Origin: an uncultured delta proteobacterium
GTDB taxonomy: Bacteria; Myxococcota_A; Polyangia; Polyangiales; Polyangiaceae
Direction: 5' to 3'
Length of the DNA: 64,000 nt
Assembly (NCBI GenBank): GCA_963716725.1
Contig: CAVQUB010000013.1
Span: 192,001 to 256,000, forward strand
The translations under genes and the position numbers were made by a program. The notes beneath the pieces were generated by a model. That model was given only the letters and a program-made list of their open reading frames with translations, made no database searches and was not told where the DNA came from. Below, in pieces: positions 11,001-20,286 of this stretch (its first letter is position 1; each line of letters begins with the position of its first letter).

Positions 11001-11113
11001 GGTCCTGCGGCGCGCTGAAGCGACTGAACCAAAAACTGGACGGCCCCAACGCCACTGGAGCGCCAGGCTACAAGCCGCCGCCCTCGTACTACGGCGCTGG
11101 CCAGAAGATGTGA
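8060..11113 (+). CDS. Large lipoprotein: uncharacterised N-terminal domain (about 250 aa) plus a long array of Cys-bridged SEL1-like (Hcp-type) repeats
   Basis: GAGGAG SD before ATG 8060; lipobox ANGC; about 20 repeats of C..LG..Y..G.G...D..KA...Y.KAC. Confidence 0.88.
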   Translation: MSRFIALAAAAAFSLSLVGANGCGGNNRPGRLPPGVNPGLSTEVVSTYAEPLIVDWDSGHRTDLEVLTRDRIAVVRYQKNAIKMLKDCSLEGEYGYVGVNKKEDVIRMDSLDEVAANLPGIFATAGAKLGAEMQKGSTIDLGLVTVGKRTAVRTSAERSELKGECDGATHFVRGATIGAFAVQTGQKSKLATVAGLFGAGLEARSTNSSSVSNKDGSIQKCDSATTDAKNAPEGCGSLLRLELRPFDAPKKVARKDDKGSVVKADEIPECSPGLVWDGSKCASKNATKSFACTGKDQAQCRSQCEKNNAKSCTQLARLFRNAGKDPIQAVEFFKKACRLGDEAACAEHGWHLLNGIDVLADKFKAFETFQKACTAGDGLGCSFLAGMHRAGIAPEATPQKAFSLFKRACDGGLSEGCVEFGTMYEKGIGTTRDAKKALTIYERTCRADNPDACAHAGSLFTNERRGAGLDRQKARELFTTSCDKGSALGCTELGNMFFGGAGLERDKQSEHDSEAAKLYEKACGLWGGAEGCARLGNMLIKGWGVKRDSFRGVQRIEEGCSKGSGFACAELGKIYAGGIYKARDPVKAYEYYQKACSLFDGEGCRLIAQLYRNGEGVARDSKRSHEFFERGCKTGHLPSCHQVAVDLYQAVGTTRDLTKALNYYENACGGGFAKSCNEVGFLYDKGEGGVKQDKQKAAQSFEKGCEWGDGWSCENLGRYIEQKIYKAPSQDRALDLFAKACEAAEGDPTACARLANRYFNGVGIEKDAMKGIQFLRRGCDAKRDNQSCVQLADVYRVGKFGAATNATEAIKYYDRACLGRVESACESKAEMYAKGLGVSANPTEAARIRQQSCDRGNTIGCRNLALMYKEGVGVPKKDPAMAATLHEKACNLRSNADCYELALMYEKGEGVKQDGKRVASLFQRACGFGNYEACSNLGYYIFKGAADHKKDTTIGLARLRQGCSSYSWRYKDEKEKIKNVWSCGALKRLNQKLDGPNATGAPGYKPPPSYYGAGQKM

Positions 11114-11133
11114 GGCGCGGGCGGGCGCGGCGC

Positions 11134-11706
11134 TCAGCCGGCGTCTTCGAGCTGGATGCCCTCGTAGAGCTCGTTCACAGCCAGAGCGAGTTTGGGGGCC
11201 TCGAGCGCCACGACGTCACTGTCTCGGTGCTCGGTCCGCACCCACCCGCTCTCGGTGCGGACGACAGCGGTCACTTGCCGGCGCCGGTGTGAGACGATCA
11301 GCACGGCACGAACGCTCGGGCACCGTTTGTAGTGCTCGAGCTTCTCCCCGCGGTCGTAGTCCTCGGTCGACTGGCTCGTGACCTCGACCAAGATCGTCGG
11401 GTTGGTCACGGCATTGCGATCGACCGAGGCAACCTCTCGCTCGCCACAGACCACGCTGACGTCCGGAAAGGTCGAGAGGTCCGTGGCCTCGATCCGAACT
11501 TTGAGATCGGAGGACGACACTCGACACTGACCCAGCAGTGCATTGCCGAGGAGCCTGGTCACCGACGCGGCCAAGTCCGCGTGGGCCGGAGTCCCGCCCG
11601 CCATGGCGTAGATCTCCCCCTCGCAAAACTCCAGCTTCACACCACTGACCTCGAGCACTCCGAGGTAGTCCGTGTAGCTATGGTGGAGCTTCCGCGCGAT
11701 CGTCAC
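11134..11706 (-). CDS. Uma2 family (PDDEXK-like) putative endonuclease
   Basis: EFCEGEIYAMAGGT..H, FPDVSVVC, NPTILVEVTSQSTEDYDRGEKLEHY motifs. GTG start at 11706. Confidence 0.9.
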   Translation of the reverse strand: MTIARKLHHSYTDYLGVLEVSGVKLEFCEGEIYAMAGGTPAHADLAASVTRLLGNALLGQCRVSSSDLKVRIEATDLSTFPDVSVVCGEREVASVDRNAVTNPTILVEVTSQSTEDYDRGEKLEHYKRCPSVRAVLIVSHRRRQVTAVVRTESGWVRTEHRDSDVVALEAPKLALAVNELYEGIQLEDAG

Positions 11707-11800
11707 GAATCGACTGTAGCGCGCTGACCGCCGCGGCACCAGACCGCCCCCACGCTCGGGCGACTTGCGGACGCCGGGAGAGCCTCCTAGCTTCGACCTC

Positions 11801-13033
11801 ATGTTCCGGTGGGTCACGGCGTTCCCGTTTCTCGTCGCGGGCTGCGCCGCGGGCGCGCCGGGCGCCAAGAGCGAAGGCGGCGCGCTGTGCCGCTCCGAGA
11901 GCGAGTGCGAAGCCGCATGCTCGGAGGAGCGTCCCGCGGCCTGCTACGCGCTGCTCTTTCTGCACACACGCGGCGAGGCCGGAGCCAAAGCCGCGAAGAC
12001 AGCCCACGATCGTCTGGCCGAGAGCTGCGAGACCAAGAACGCGACCGGGTGCCACCTGATCGGAGCGGCCCTGCTCGAAGGCCTCGGAGTCCAACGCAGC
12101 CGCACGGCAGCTACCGCCGCGTTCGTGCGCGCCTGCGAGCTCGGCCGCGACGCCGACTGCGCGATCGCCGCAGAGTTGCTGCGAGGCGGACGCGCCGGCC
12201 CGCCGGACTTCGCCCGTGCGCGGGCCCTCGCGGCTCGCGGCTGCCACGGAGGAAACGCGGCGAGCTGCACAGAGCTCGCCAACATGACGCGCTACGGCCA
12301 AGGCATGCCCAAGAACCCGGCCCGCGCGGCCGCGCTCTACCAAAAAGCCTGCGAGCTAGGTGATCCAGTGGGGTGCGGGCTGCTCGGGACGCTGCTCGGC
12401 GGCGACGACGGGCTGCCCGTCGATCCCGAGCGCGCTCGGGGCGCCTTCGAGAAGGCATGCGAGGGCGGCGTCGCCATCGCGTGTACCAGCGTGGGGGTGA
12501 TGCTGGCCAAGACCGATCCACCGAGCAGCGTCCGCTGGCTCGAGCGCGGTTGTGCGAGCGCGCAAACGGCTGCGTGCGCCTATCTCGCCACGTTGCTCTA
12601 CGAAGGCAGTGGAGCGACCCGCGACGTCCCGCGCGCCGCCGAGCTCCTGCGCCAGACCTGCGACAAGAACCTGCTCGAGAGCTGCACCCTGCTGGGGACG
12701 ATCCTCGCGTCGGGCAACGGGGTGCCCCGAGACGACTCGGGCGCCACCAAAGCCTACGAGCGGTCCTGCGCGGGCGGCGACGAGCTCGCGTGCTCGGGGC
12801 TCGGGGCGCTCTTGCTCACGAGCAGCACCATCGCGAAGAATGAACAGCGGGGCTCCGCGCTCTTGTCCCGAGCCTGCGACTCGGGTCGGGCCGACGCCTG
12901 CGGCGTGCTGGGCGCGCACTACGCTGCCGCAGGAGAGAAGACTCTGGCTCGCCCGCTGCTCGAGAAGGCCTGCGCGGGCGGACACGCGAGCAGCTGCACA
13001 ACGCTCAGGGATCTCCCGGAGCCGTCTCCGTGA
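11801..13033 (+). CDS. SEL1-like repeat lipoprotein
   Basis: ATG 11801, lipobox VAGC, Cys-bridged SEL1 repeats. TTGCGG-N17-TAGCTT ends 7 nt upstream. Confidence 0.85.
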   Translation: MFRWVTAFPFLVAGCAAGAPGAKSEGGALCRSESECEAACSEERPAACYALLFLHTRGEAGAKAAKTAHDRLAESCETKNATGCHLIGAALLEGLGVQRSRTAATAAFVRACELGRDADCAIAAELLRGGRAGPPDFARARALAARGCHGGNAASCTELANMTRYGQGMPKNPARAAALYQKACELGDPVGCGLLGTLLGGDDGLPVDPERARGAFEKACEGGVAIACTSVGVMLAKTDPPSSVRWLERGCASAQTAACAYLATLLYEGSGATRDVPRAAELLRQTCDKNLLESCTLLGTILASGNGVPRDDSGATKAYERSCAGGDELACSGLGALLLTSSTIAKNEQRGSALLSRACDSGRADACGVLGAHYAAAGEKTLARPLLEKACAGGHASSCTTLRDLPEPSP

Positions 13034-13746
13034 GTCTGGTCGAGATCAGTCGAGCGCTGAGCCGACGCGTCAATCGGCTACGCTTCGCGCTGCCCGTCAC
13101 CCATGTGTACAACCCCCTGGACTACGCCCAGGCTCCCCACGAAAACTACCTCGAGCGCTGGGGGCGCGGCGACAAGCGAGTCGTGTTCTTGGGCATGAAC
13201 CCGGGACCCTTCGGCATGGCGCAAACCGGAGTCCCGTTCGGGGAGGTGTCACTGGTCCGGGACTGGCTCGGCATCGACGCGGAGGTGAAGCAGCCAAGAC
13301 ACGTACACCCGAAACGTCCGGTCGAAGGCTTCTCGTGCACACGCTCCGAAGTGAGCGGGGCTCGCCTCTGGGGTTTCTTCCGCGATGCGTTTGGCACGCC
13401 AAGAGCGTTCTTCCGTGAGCATTTCGTCTCGAACTACTGCCCCCTCGCCTTCATGGAAGAGAGCGGCAAAAACCGCACCCCGGACAAGCTACCGGCACCC
13501 GAGCGAGAAGCGCTCTATTCCGCCTGCGACCGGGCCCTCCTCGAGCTCACCAACGAGCTCTCGCCCGAGCTGGTGATCGGCGTCGGAGCATTCGCAACCG
13601 AGCGCGCGAAGCGGGCGCTCGTGGGCAAGCAGATTGCGATCGCGAGCGTCCTGCATCCGAGCCCGGCGAGTCCCAGGGCAAACCGCGGTTGGGCGGCGGC
13701 CGCGGCCCAGGAACTCGCCTGCCTCGGCCTGCGTATCGGGCAATGA
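13030..13746 (+). CDS. SMUG1-type (family 3) single-strand-selective uracil-DNA glycosylase
   Basis: GMNPGPFGMAQTGVPFG, SEVSGARLWG, NYCPL and HPSP motifs. Confidence 0.93.
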   Translation: MSLVEISRALSRRVNRLRFALPVTHVYNPLDYAQAPHENYLERWGRGDKRVVFLGMNPGPFGMAQTGVPFGEVSLVRDWLGIDAEVKQPRHVHPKRPVEGFSCTRSEVSGARLWGFFRDAFGTPRAFFREHFVSNYCPLAFMEESGKNRTPDKLPAPEREALYSACDRALLELTNELSPELVIGVGAFATERAKRALVGKQIAIASVLHPSPASPRANRGWAAAAAQELACLGLRIGQ

Positions 13747-15911
13747 GGCGATTTCTCCCGGTGGTTGCCCTGGCGTTGCTACTGGCCTGTTGGGCGCTGG
13801 TGAGCATTCGGGTATCGGCGCCCGCGCCCAAGCCATACGACGCGCCGCTCAACGAGTTCAGCGCCGAGCGTGCCTACGAATCACTCCGGAGCGTGCTGCC
13901 CACGAATACGCCGCACCCAACCGGCAGCACGGAGCAGCGCCGCGTGCGGGCACGCATCGAAGCGCGCCTTCGCGAATTGGACTACGCGGTGCGAGTGCAG
14001 CGCACGCCCGTCTGCAGTCGGTACGGGGTCTGCGCCCTGGTCGAGAACGTCCTGGCGGAACGCAACCCGGCGCCGGGACCGCGAGTGCTGCTCGCTGCGC
14101 ACTACGACTCGGTGCCCGCAGGTCCCGGGGGCTCGGACGACGGCGTGGGAGTCGCGACGCTGCTCGAAGTCGCGCGTGCGCTTCGCCACCGGACGACCCG
14201 TTTGCCGACCCTGTTGCTCTTCACCGACGGCGAAGAGGCCGGTTTGCTGGGTGCCGAGGCGTTCGTCCGGGACGAGCTCCCAAAGGTCGAGATCGCAGCG
14301 GTCGTGAACGTCGAGGCCCGGGGCACTTCGGGCGCGGCGCTCCTCTTCGAAACCAGCGGACCGAACGTGTGGCTGGTGGCAGCGTTCGCGCGCGCGAGCC
14401 CGCGACCCGTGACGAGCTCGCTCTTTCCCGCCGTCTATCAGCGACTGCCCAACGACACCGACCTCAGCGTGTTTGCCCGCGCGGGGATCCCCGGCGTCAA
14501 CTTCGCGAACATCGGTGGAATTGCTCACTATCACACTCCCCAGGACGACCTCGATCGCTTGTCCCTGCGTACTCTGCAGCACCACGGCGACGCGGCGCTG
14601 GGACTCGCCGCTGGGCTCGAGCGCGCGGATCCGCTGGCGGGAAGCTCGCTGTTTTTCGACGTGCTTGGGCTCTTCGTCGTGCAACTTCCGCTGCGCTACT
14701 CGCCGTGGCTGTATGCGATCGCATCCTTGCTCTGGAGCGCGGTGCTGGCCCTCGCCTTCCGCCGCGGCGTCCGCGTCACGCGCTTCTTGCGCGGCTTCGG
14801 CTCGTTGCCGCTGCTGGTGGTTCTCGCGACCGTCGCGAGCTTGGGGTTGGGCTCGCTGTTGCGGGCTGCCGGCACCCTCGGCACGGGTTGGCCAGCCCAC
14901 CCCGAGCCCTTCTTTCTGGCCACGGGCAGCTGCCTGCTGCTGCTCTCGCTCGCACTGCCTTCGCAAGTCGACTCGGGCGAAGACGAACTCTGGCTCGCGA
15001 CCTGGACCTTCTTCGGCCTCGTCGGCTGGGGGGTGGGCGTCCTGTTGCCGGAGGCGAGCTTCTTGTTCCTGCTCCCGTGGTCGGTCGCCGCGGCGGCCGG
15101 CCTCTGCTCCCGCGGCGCCATCGCGGTCCTCGCCCCGGCGGTCGCGGGCGCCATCTTGTGGTTGCCCGTGCTGATGCTGTCCTACGATGCCCTCGGCCTC
15201 GCCATTCCGGGGCTCTTCGCGGCCTGCGCGGCGCTGGGACTCGCGGGGTTCCTGCCTGCGCTCGGGCCCCTCTCGGCCCGACCGCGCCGCTTCTTGGTCC
15301 GTCTGACCACGACCTCGGCGCTCGGCTGCGCGGTGATCGGCTGCATCGTGCCGCCCTTCTCCGTCGAATCACCCCAACGGCTGAGCATCGCGTACCACCT
15401 CGACGCGGACTCGGGCCGCGCTCGGCTGGTCGTCGATGCGTCGTCAGGCCCCGTGCCGGAGAGCGTGCTCGACGCCGCCGTTTTCTCGGAGAAAATCGTA
15501 GATCCCTCACCAACGTTCGTGGGCTGGCGGCCCGAAGCGCGCGAAGCCGAGGCGGCGGCCGAGGCGCTGCCCGCGCCGGAGATCATCCAAGTTGCCCCCG
15601 GCCGAGTGCGGATCCGCTCGCGACGCGGCGCCCACACGCTGTCATTGCACTGTGCCCACACTTCGACAGCCACGGGCGTGACCTTCGGTGAGCTCGCGGC
15701 GCCGCTCCGCGGCGGAGTGCTCACCCTGCTCGGCGTCGGTGCCGAAGGGACCGAACTTGGCATCGAAGGCGGCGACCGGGGCTGCGTGATCGCCGACCAC
15801 ACTAGCGGCCTACCACCTCAGGCGCAGCAAGCGCTGCGGGCTCGACCGATCTGGGCTGCGCCATCCCAGGCAGGCGACGAGACGGTGGTGAGTCGCCGAG
15901 CGTCGTTCTAA
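13743..15911 (+). CDS. Membrane-bound M28 family metallopeptidase (ERMP1-like)
   Basis: AHYDSV..GPGGSDDG, TDGEEAGLLG, NVEARG, TDLSVF and YHTPQD motifs, followed by several TM helices. ATG 13743 overlaps the upstream stop. Confidence 0.9.
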   Translation: MRRFLPVVALALLLACWALVSIRVSAPAPKPYDAPLNEFSAERAYESLRSVLPTNTPHPTGSTEQRRVRARIEARLRELDYAVRVQRTPVCSRYGVCALVENVLAERNPAPGPRVLLAAHYDSVPAGPGGSDDGVGVATLLEVARALRHRTTRLPTLLLFTDGEEAGLLGAEAFVRDELPKVEIAAVVNVEARGTSGAALLFETSGPNVWLVAAFARASPRPVTSSLFPAVYQRLPNDTDLSVFARAGIPGVNFANIGGIAHYHTPQDDLDRLSLRTLQHHGDAALGLAAGLERADPLAGSSLFFDVLGLFVVQLPLRYSPWLYAIASLLWSAVLALAFRRGVRVTRFLRGFGSLPLLVVLATVASLGLGSLLRAAGTLGTGWPAHPEPFFLATGSCLLLLSLALPSQVDSGEDELWLATWTFFGLVGWGVGVLLPEASFLFLLPWSVAAAAGLCSRGAIAVLAPAVAGAILWLPVLMLSYDALGLAIPGLFAACAALGLAGFLPALGPLSARPRRFLVRLTTTSALGCAVIGCIVPPFSVESPQRLSIAYHLDADSGRARLVVDASSGPVPESVLDAAVFSEKIVDPSPTFVGWRPEAREAEAAAEALPAPEIIQVAPGRVRIRSRRGAHTLSLHCAHTSTATGVTFGELAAPLRGGVLTLLGVGAEGTELGIEGGDRGCVIADHTSGLPPQAQQALRARPIWAAPSQAGDETVVSRRASF

Positions 15912-18238
15912 GTGCTGGCGGCGATCCGATTGGCTAGCGTCACCAGGTCTCGCGACTCGAAGGGCTTCGAAATCCGGGGACGCCCGGTCCGGGCCAGGAA
16001 GTCTTCCCCGCCTGGAACGAATGCGCCGCCGGTGAGGAACGCGATCTTCGCGATCCGTTGCGGCGCGTTGCGCTGCACGTGCTCGTACACTTCCATGCCG
16101 GACATCTCCGGCATCATCACGTCGAGCAGCACGAGGTCCCAGCGCTCCGGCCCTTCGAGTCGGAGCAGTGCTTCGCGGCCGCTGCCCACCCACTGCACGT
16201 CGTCCGATCTGCCGAAACACCGGCGCACCGCTCGGCCCATGAGCGGCTCGTCGTCGACCACGAGCACACGCAGTGGACGGGACGCCAAGCTCTGGGCCCG
16301 ATCCGAGGTCACCGCTCGCTTCGGCGCGGCCTCCTCGGACACCGGCAGCGTCACGCGAAACACGCTGCCCTTCCCGGGCGTGCTCTCGACATCCACGGCT
16401 CCCCCCAGCTTGATCACGATGTCGCGGCAGATCGCCAGACCCAGACCGGTGCCCTGACCCACGGGCTTGGTGGTGAAGAATGGCTCGAACAAACGCGAGA
16501 TGTGCTCGGGCGCGATCCCGGAGCCGCTGTCCCGGACCTCGACGATCACTCGACCGTCGACCTGGCGCGTGGCAACCCGGATTTCGTTCCGATCCGCGGC
16601 GCCGACCGGGATGGCGTGGGCCGCGTTCACCAGCAGGTTCAAGAACACCTGCCCGAGTCGTCCTTCGTTCCCGGAGACGGCCTCCACGTCGGCGTAGTCG
16701 GTCACGATGCGCGCCCGGTGCTTGATCTCGTTTCGCGCCATGCCGATGGCTGCGTCGAGGACCGCCTCGATGCGGACGGGAGCGATCACCTCTGCATCAG
16801 GCCTGGAGAACGAGCGCAGATCGCGCAGGATCTCTTGCACTCGCCGCGCGCCCTGCCGCGCCTCGCCCAGCGCCTCCCGCAGCTCTCTCGCACCGTCCGT
16901 CAGCTCGAACACCGCCTCCAGCGCCCGCGGGTCCATCTTGGCCGCCGACGGCCCCTCGGCCAGGCGCTGCAGCTCCCCGGCGCGATGATAGGCGACGTCC
17001 ACGTTCGCGGTGACCAGACTGAGCGGGTTGTTGATCTCGTGTCCCAGGCCGAGGGCGAGCAGACCCACGGAGTGCATACGGTCCACCTGCAGGAGATGCG
17101 CGGTCAGCGCGCGACGCTGGCGCGCGTCGACTCCTTGCAGCAGCACGGCGGGATGACCCTCGAAGTGGATGGGGACGGTGCTGATCTCGGCCACCAGGAT
17201 ACTGCCGTCCTTGGCCATGAGACGTTGTTCGATCGGGGGGTTGGGCAGTCCGGCGACGGCTCGCTGAATTCGGTCGACCGCGAGAGGGATGTCGTCGGGA
17301 TGAACGAATTCGAGCACCGGACGTCCGTGCAGCTCTGCCGCCTGCGAGTACCCCAGCTCTCGCACCGCCACCTCGTTGACCCAGACCAGGGTGCCCATAC
17401 GGTGGATGGCCACGCCTTGGGGAAAGCTCTCGAGCAGCCTACGGAAGTCGATCTCGGAGCGCTGGAGCGCTTCTTCGGCGAGCTTGCGGTCCGTGATGTC
17501 GGTGTGCGTGACGACGACGCCGCTTTCTGAGCCCAGCATGCGATCGACCTGCATCAAGAACCACCGCGCTTGGGCCGGCGAATCGCAGCGGTACTCGGTG
17601 CGAAAGTGCGGGATCTCTCCCCGAAGAACCCGGACAAAGCCGGCTCGAGTCGCCTCAGCTGTCGGCTCTTCGTTCGGCGCCCCGGCGACCACGTCCAGGT
17701 ACGACGTACCGATCCCGCATCGAGCAACGACCCCGCCGTTGTCGCCGCAGAATCGGTCCCAGGATCGGTTGGTGAGCACGATCACCCCGTGCTCGTCCAC
17801 CACCGCAATGTTGGGGGACAAGGCGGCGAAGGCGCTTTCGAGCAGCCCCTCTCGCCGTTCGAAGTGGCCCCGGAGCCCCATCCGGTCCACGGCTCGGCGT
17901 GCAGAGCGCAGGATTGTGCCTCGGTCTTCGCGTTTGCCGAGGCAGTCCTCGGCGCCGTAGCGCATCGCCTCGAACGCAATCGGATCGGCGTCCCCTGTCA
18001 CCAGCGCGACGATGGCGCTGAGCGGGCACAGATCGCGCACCGCCGCCACGAGCGTGAGATCCCGCGCGCCGACGAGATCCAGATCGACCAAGACCGCGTC
18101 GAAGGCGACGGAGGAAACCGCAGCGGCCAGTTCCGCGAGAGAGGCGGCCACCCGCCAGCCGCTGTCGCGAGGACTCGCCAGGAGTTTCTCGACCAGAGCG
18201 ACGTCGGTCGAAAGCAGGAGCATCGAACCGCAAGACAT
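15908..18238 (-). CDS. Hybrid sensor histidine kinase (atypical REC-PAS-PAS-HisKA-HATPase-REC)
   Basis: HEINNPL H-box, NLLVNA, DSGSGI, FFTTKPVGQGTGLGL; C-terminal REC (VVDDE...LDVMMP). Confidence 0.92.
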   Translation of the reverse strand: MSCGSMLLLSTDVALVEKLLASPRDSGWRVAASLAELAAAVSSVAFDAVLVDLDLVGARDLTLVAAVRDLCPLSAIVALVTGDADPIAFEAMRYGAEDCLGKREDRGTILRSARRAVDRMGLRGHFERREGLLESAFAALSPNIAVVDEHGVIVLTNRSWDRFCGDNGGVVARCGIGTSYLDVVAGAPNEEPTAEATRAGFVRVLRGEIPHFRTEYRCDSPAQARWFLMQVDRMLGSESGVVVTHTDITDRKLAEEALQRSEIDFRRLLESFPQGVAIHRMGTLVWVNEVAVRELGYSQAAELHGRPVLEFVHPDDIPLAVDRIQRAVAGLPNPPIEQRLMAKDGSILVAEISTVPIHFEGHPAVLLQGVDARQRRALTAHLLQVDRMHSVGLLALGLGHEINNPLSLVTANVDVAYHRAGELQRLAEGPSAAKMDPRALEAVFELTDGARELREALGEARQGARRVQEILRDLRSFSRPDAEVIAPVRIEAVLDAAIGMARNEIKHRARIVTDYADVEAVSGNEGRLGQVFLNLLVNAAHAIPVGAADRNEIRVATRQVDGRVIVEVRDSGSGIAPEHISRLFEPFFTTKPVGQGTGLGLAICRDIVIKLGGAVDVESTPGKGSVFRVTLPVSEEAAPKRAVTSDRAQSLASRPLRVLVVDDEPLMGRAVRRCFGRSDDVQWVGSGREALLRLEGPERWDLVLLDVMMPEMSGMEVYEHVQRNAPQRIAKIAFLTGGAFVPGGEDFLARTGRPRISKPFESRDLVTLANRIAAST

Positions 18239-18291
18239 CGCTGGGCGGGAGTCTACGCCCGCAGCGCCTGATCGACCACCGTGGGGCCGGT

Positions 18292-18307
18292 GGCAAGCCC
18301 CGGCCCA
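18292..18307 (-). promoter_or_regulatory. Possible sigma-54 promoter (TGGGCCG-GGGC-TTGCC)
   Basis: GG-N10-GC with TTGC in the intergenic region upstream of the hybrid kinase. Confidence 0.35.
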
Positions 18308-18329
18308 ATTCGCCCGCGCCTCGACGCCA

Positions 18330-18737
18330 TCAGTCGTCGTCGAAGAAGATCGGGTCGCGGCACGAGAGGAACACCTCGATTCTGACGAGATCGGCCGCCT
18401 CGAGGTTCATGAACTGGATGCCCAGCCCCGGTGGAACGTCGCTGTCCTCGACATAGGCTCGGGCCCAGCGGACCTGCCCACGAACTCGAATCGGTTCGCC
18501 ACCGTCGGGCAGCGTGAGGCTCACATCAAAGACGGAGCCGACCGCTTTGATCGAGTGCGTGGCGATGAACACGCCCCCTCGGGACAGGTTTTCCACGAAT
18601 CCAGCGTAGAAGTTGTGTTCGCTGCACAAGCTGACCGTGAGGTCGACGGTGTAGCGCTCGTCTTGTCGGCGGTTGTCGGTGGTCGGCGCGTCGGAGACCC
18701 GCCGGATGGTCGCTTCGGTGTGGAGGGGTTCGTTCAT
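18330..18737 (-). CDS. PilZ-domain protein, myxobacterial TIGR02266-like
   Basis: RRQDER (RxxxR) and NLSRGG (NxSxxG) motifs; SEHNFYAG..NLSRGGVFIAT...PGLGIQF pattern. Confidence 0.88.
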   Translation of the reverse strand: MNEPLHTEATIRRVSDAPTTDNRRQDERYTVDLTVSLCSEHNFYAGFVENLSRGGVFIATHSIKAVGSVFDVSLTLPDGGEPIRVRGQVRWARAYVEDSDVPPGLGIQFMNLEAADLVRIEVFLSCRDPIFFDDD

Positions 18738-18765
18738 GAGGGTGTCCTTGACTAGAGCTCCCGCG

Positions 18766-20163
18766 TCACCGACGGGAGATGACCTTTCGGGTGACGACCA
18801 CGCGCGGGGTTGCTGCGGCGCTCGAGTCGCTCGCGTCGGCTATCTCGACAAAGTCGTATCCGAGCGGCTGAGCCTCTCCGTCCTCGACGGCGACGCGAAG
18901 GACCCAAGGGCCACCGCCGCGTCTTGGTTGAACGACGCCTCGCAGCCATCCGTCTCGCTCACTGAACGCCACGTCGACCTCTTCAGTGTTCAGTCGCACC
19001 CGGGGGCGTGCTTTCATGAATTTGGGAACCGGGCCGCCGCTGAGCTCCTCCAGTCGCACTCGGATTTCGACCGGATCCTTTGGCCACACGGCGTTGCGCG
19101 GGCTGATCTCGATGCGTGAACGAACCGTTCGCAGCGCGAGCTTGAGCGCGACTGCATCGGTCGAGCCTGGAAGGCGAAGAGACACCGTTCGTTCGCGGCG
19201 AGATGCGACCAGGCTACCGGACGCCGCCCTGTAGCCACCCGCGCCAAAACTCATCTCCAGCCCTTGGGCTCCCTCGAGCGCGAGCTTCTGTCCTCGGCCC
19301 ATGCGGTAGACCCCCGTACGATCGAGGTACCCTCCGCGGGGTAGGCGAACCCCAACAATCCGCAGAGCAACATCCGCGGGTCGAGTGTTGGGGATGCCCG
19401 TGGGGTCGTCGGCCCAGACGCGCAAGCGATAGCGACCGGCGGGCTGCGGCCCAAGCTTCGACGGGAGCGTCGTGTCCTTCCCCGCGACGCGCTCCACGAC
19501 TCGTCCGGTTGCTTCGTCGACGAGCTCGGCTCGATAGCCTGAGGCCTCGGGCACGGGTGCCCACGACAGCCCTTTGAAACGCGCCGACGGCTCCGTCGCC
19601 AGCACAATGCGGCGCCCGGCGATGGCCGATGGGGACGCCGCGAGCTTGCGCGATGCCTGGGAGGTGTCCGTGGACACCTGCACTTGTCCGGCAGGGAGCG
19701 GTCGGAACGGACCCGTCGATATCGAGAGCAGCGTGTTGCCCTCGATGTTGGCGAGAGCCGTGCTGCCCGGCAGTGCGGCGAGCCTGAAGACTCCGGTACG
19801 CACAATCGCAACGTGCTTGCGGGGCGCCACCACCACCACCGCGCTCGTCGCTGCCCGCGGAGCGTTCACTTCTACCGTCCCGCTGCGCACGATGAGCGTG
19901 TACCCCGGGACTCGCTGGCCCGGCCCGAGCAGCAGTGGTTGCGGCGCACCGTGCAGCCGAACCACAGCGCCCGCCTGCGCGCGGATCCGCGGGCCACCTG
20001 GCACCACCCATTCGGCCCCTGCGGGCCCGGCTACCGCTCCGTGAACACTGTCGGTCACTGCGCCCTGGGACAGCGTCGGCTTCCCTTGTGCAGCGGGGGC
20101 AGCGGCAATCCCCCCGGTCAAGGTGAGCGAGAGCAGGACGAAGGAGAGCGCATGTCGAGGCAC
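18766..20163 (-). CDS. Secreted hypothetical protein, FecR-like N-terminus plus fibronectin-III-like domain
   Basis: Signal peptide; LSWAPVPEASGYR...GRYRLRVWA FN3-like pattern. Domain calls are made by eye. Confidence 0.6.
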   Translation of the reverse strand: MPRHALSFVLLSLTLTGGIAAAPAAQGKPTLSQGAVTDSVHGAVAGPAGAEWVVPGGPRIRAQAGAVVRLHGAPQPLLLGPGQRVPGYTLIVRSGTVEVNAPRAATSAVVVVAPRKHVAIVRTGVFRLAALPGSTALANIEGNTLLSISTGPFRPLPAGQVQVSTDTSQASRKLAASPSAIAGRRIVLATEPSARFKGLSWAPVPEASGYRAELVDEATGRVVERVAGKDTTLPSKLGPQPAGRYRLRVWADDPTGIPNTRPADVALRIVGVRLPRGGYLDRTGVYRMGRGQKLALEGAQGLEMSFGAGGYRAASGSLVASRRERTVSLRLPGSTDAVALKLALRTVRSRIEISPRNAVWPKDPVEIRVRLEELSGGPVPKFMKARPRVRLNTEEVDVAFSERDGWLRGVVQPRRGGGPWVLRVAVEDGEAQPLGYDFVEIADASDSSAAATPRVVVTRKVISRR

Positions 20164-20286
20164 GAGACAGTCAACGGCCAGCGGCGACGAAGCTTGAGCT
20201 GCGGAGCGTTGTGGGCGTCGCGATGTCCTACATCAGCGCCACAGGTGTCACCCGGGCCCCGGTGTGCGTTGAACGACCGGAGGTCC

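Noticed and set aside
11134..11706. Uma2 gene as part of a restriction or defence system
   Set aside because: Stand-alone, with no methyltransferase or defence partners adjacent; the family is commonly multicopy.
13634..15691. 685-aa alternative-frame ORF over the M28 peptidase
   Set aside because: Off-frame, Arg-rich artefact; the peptidase frame carries all the conserved motifs.
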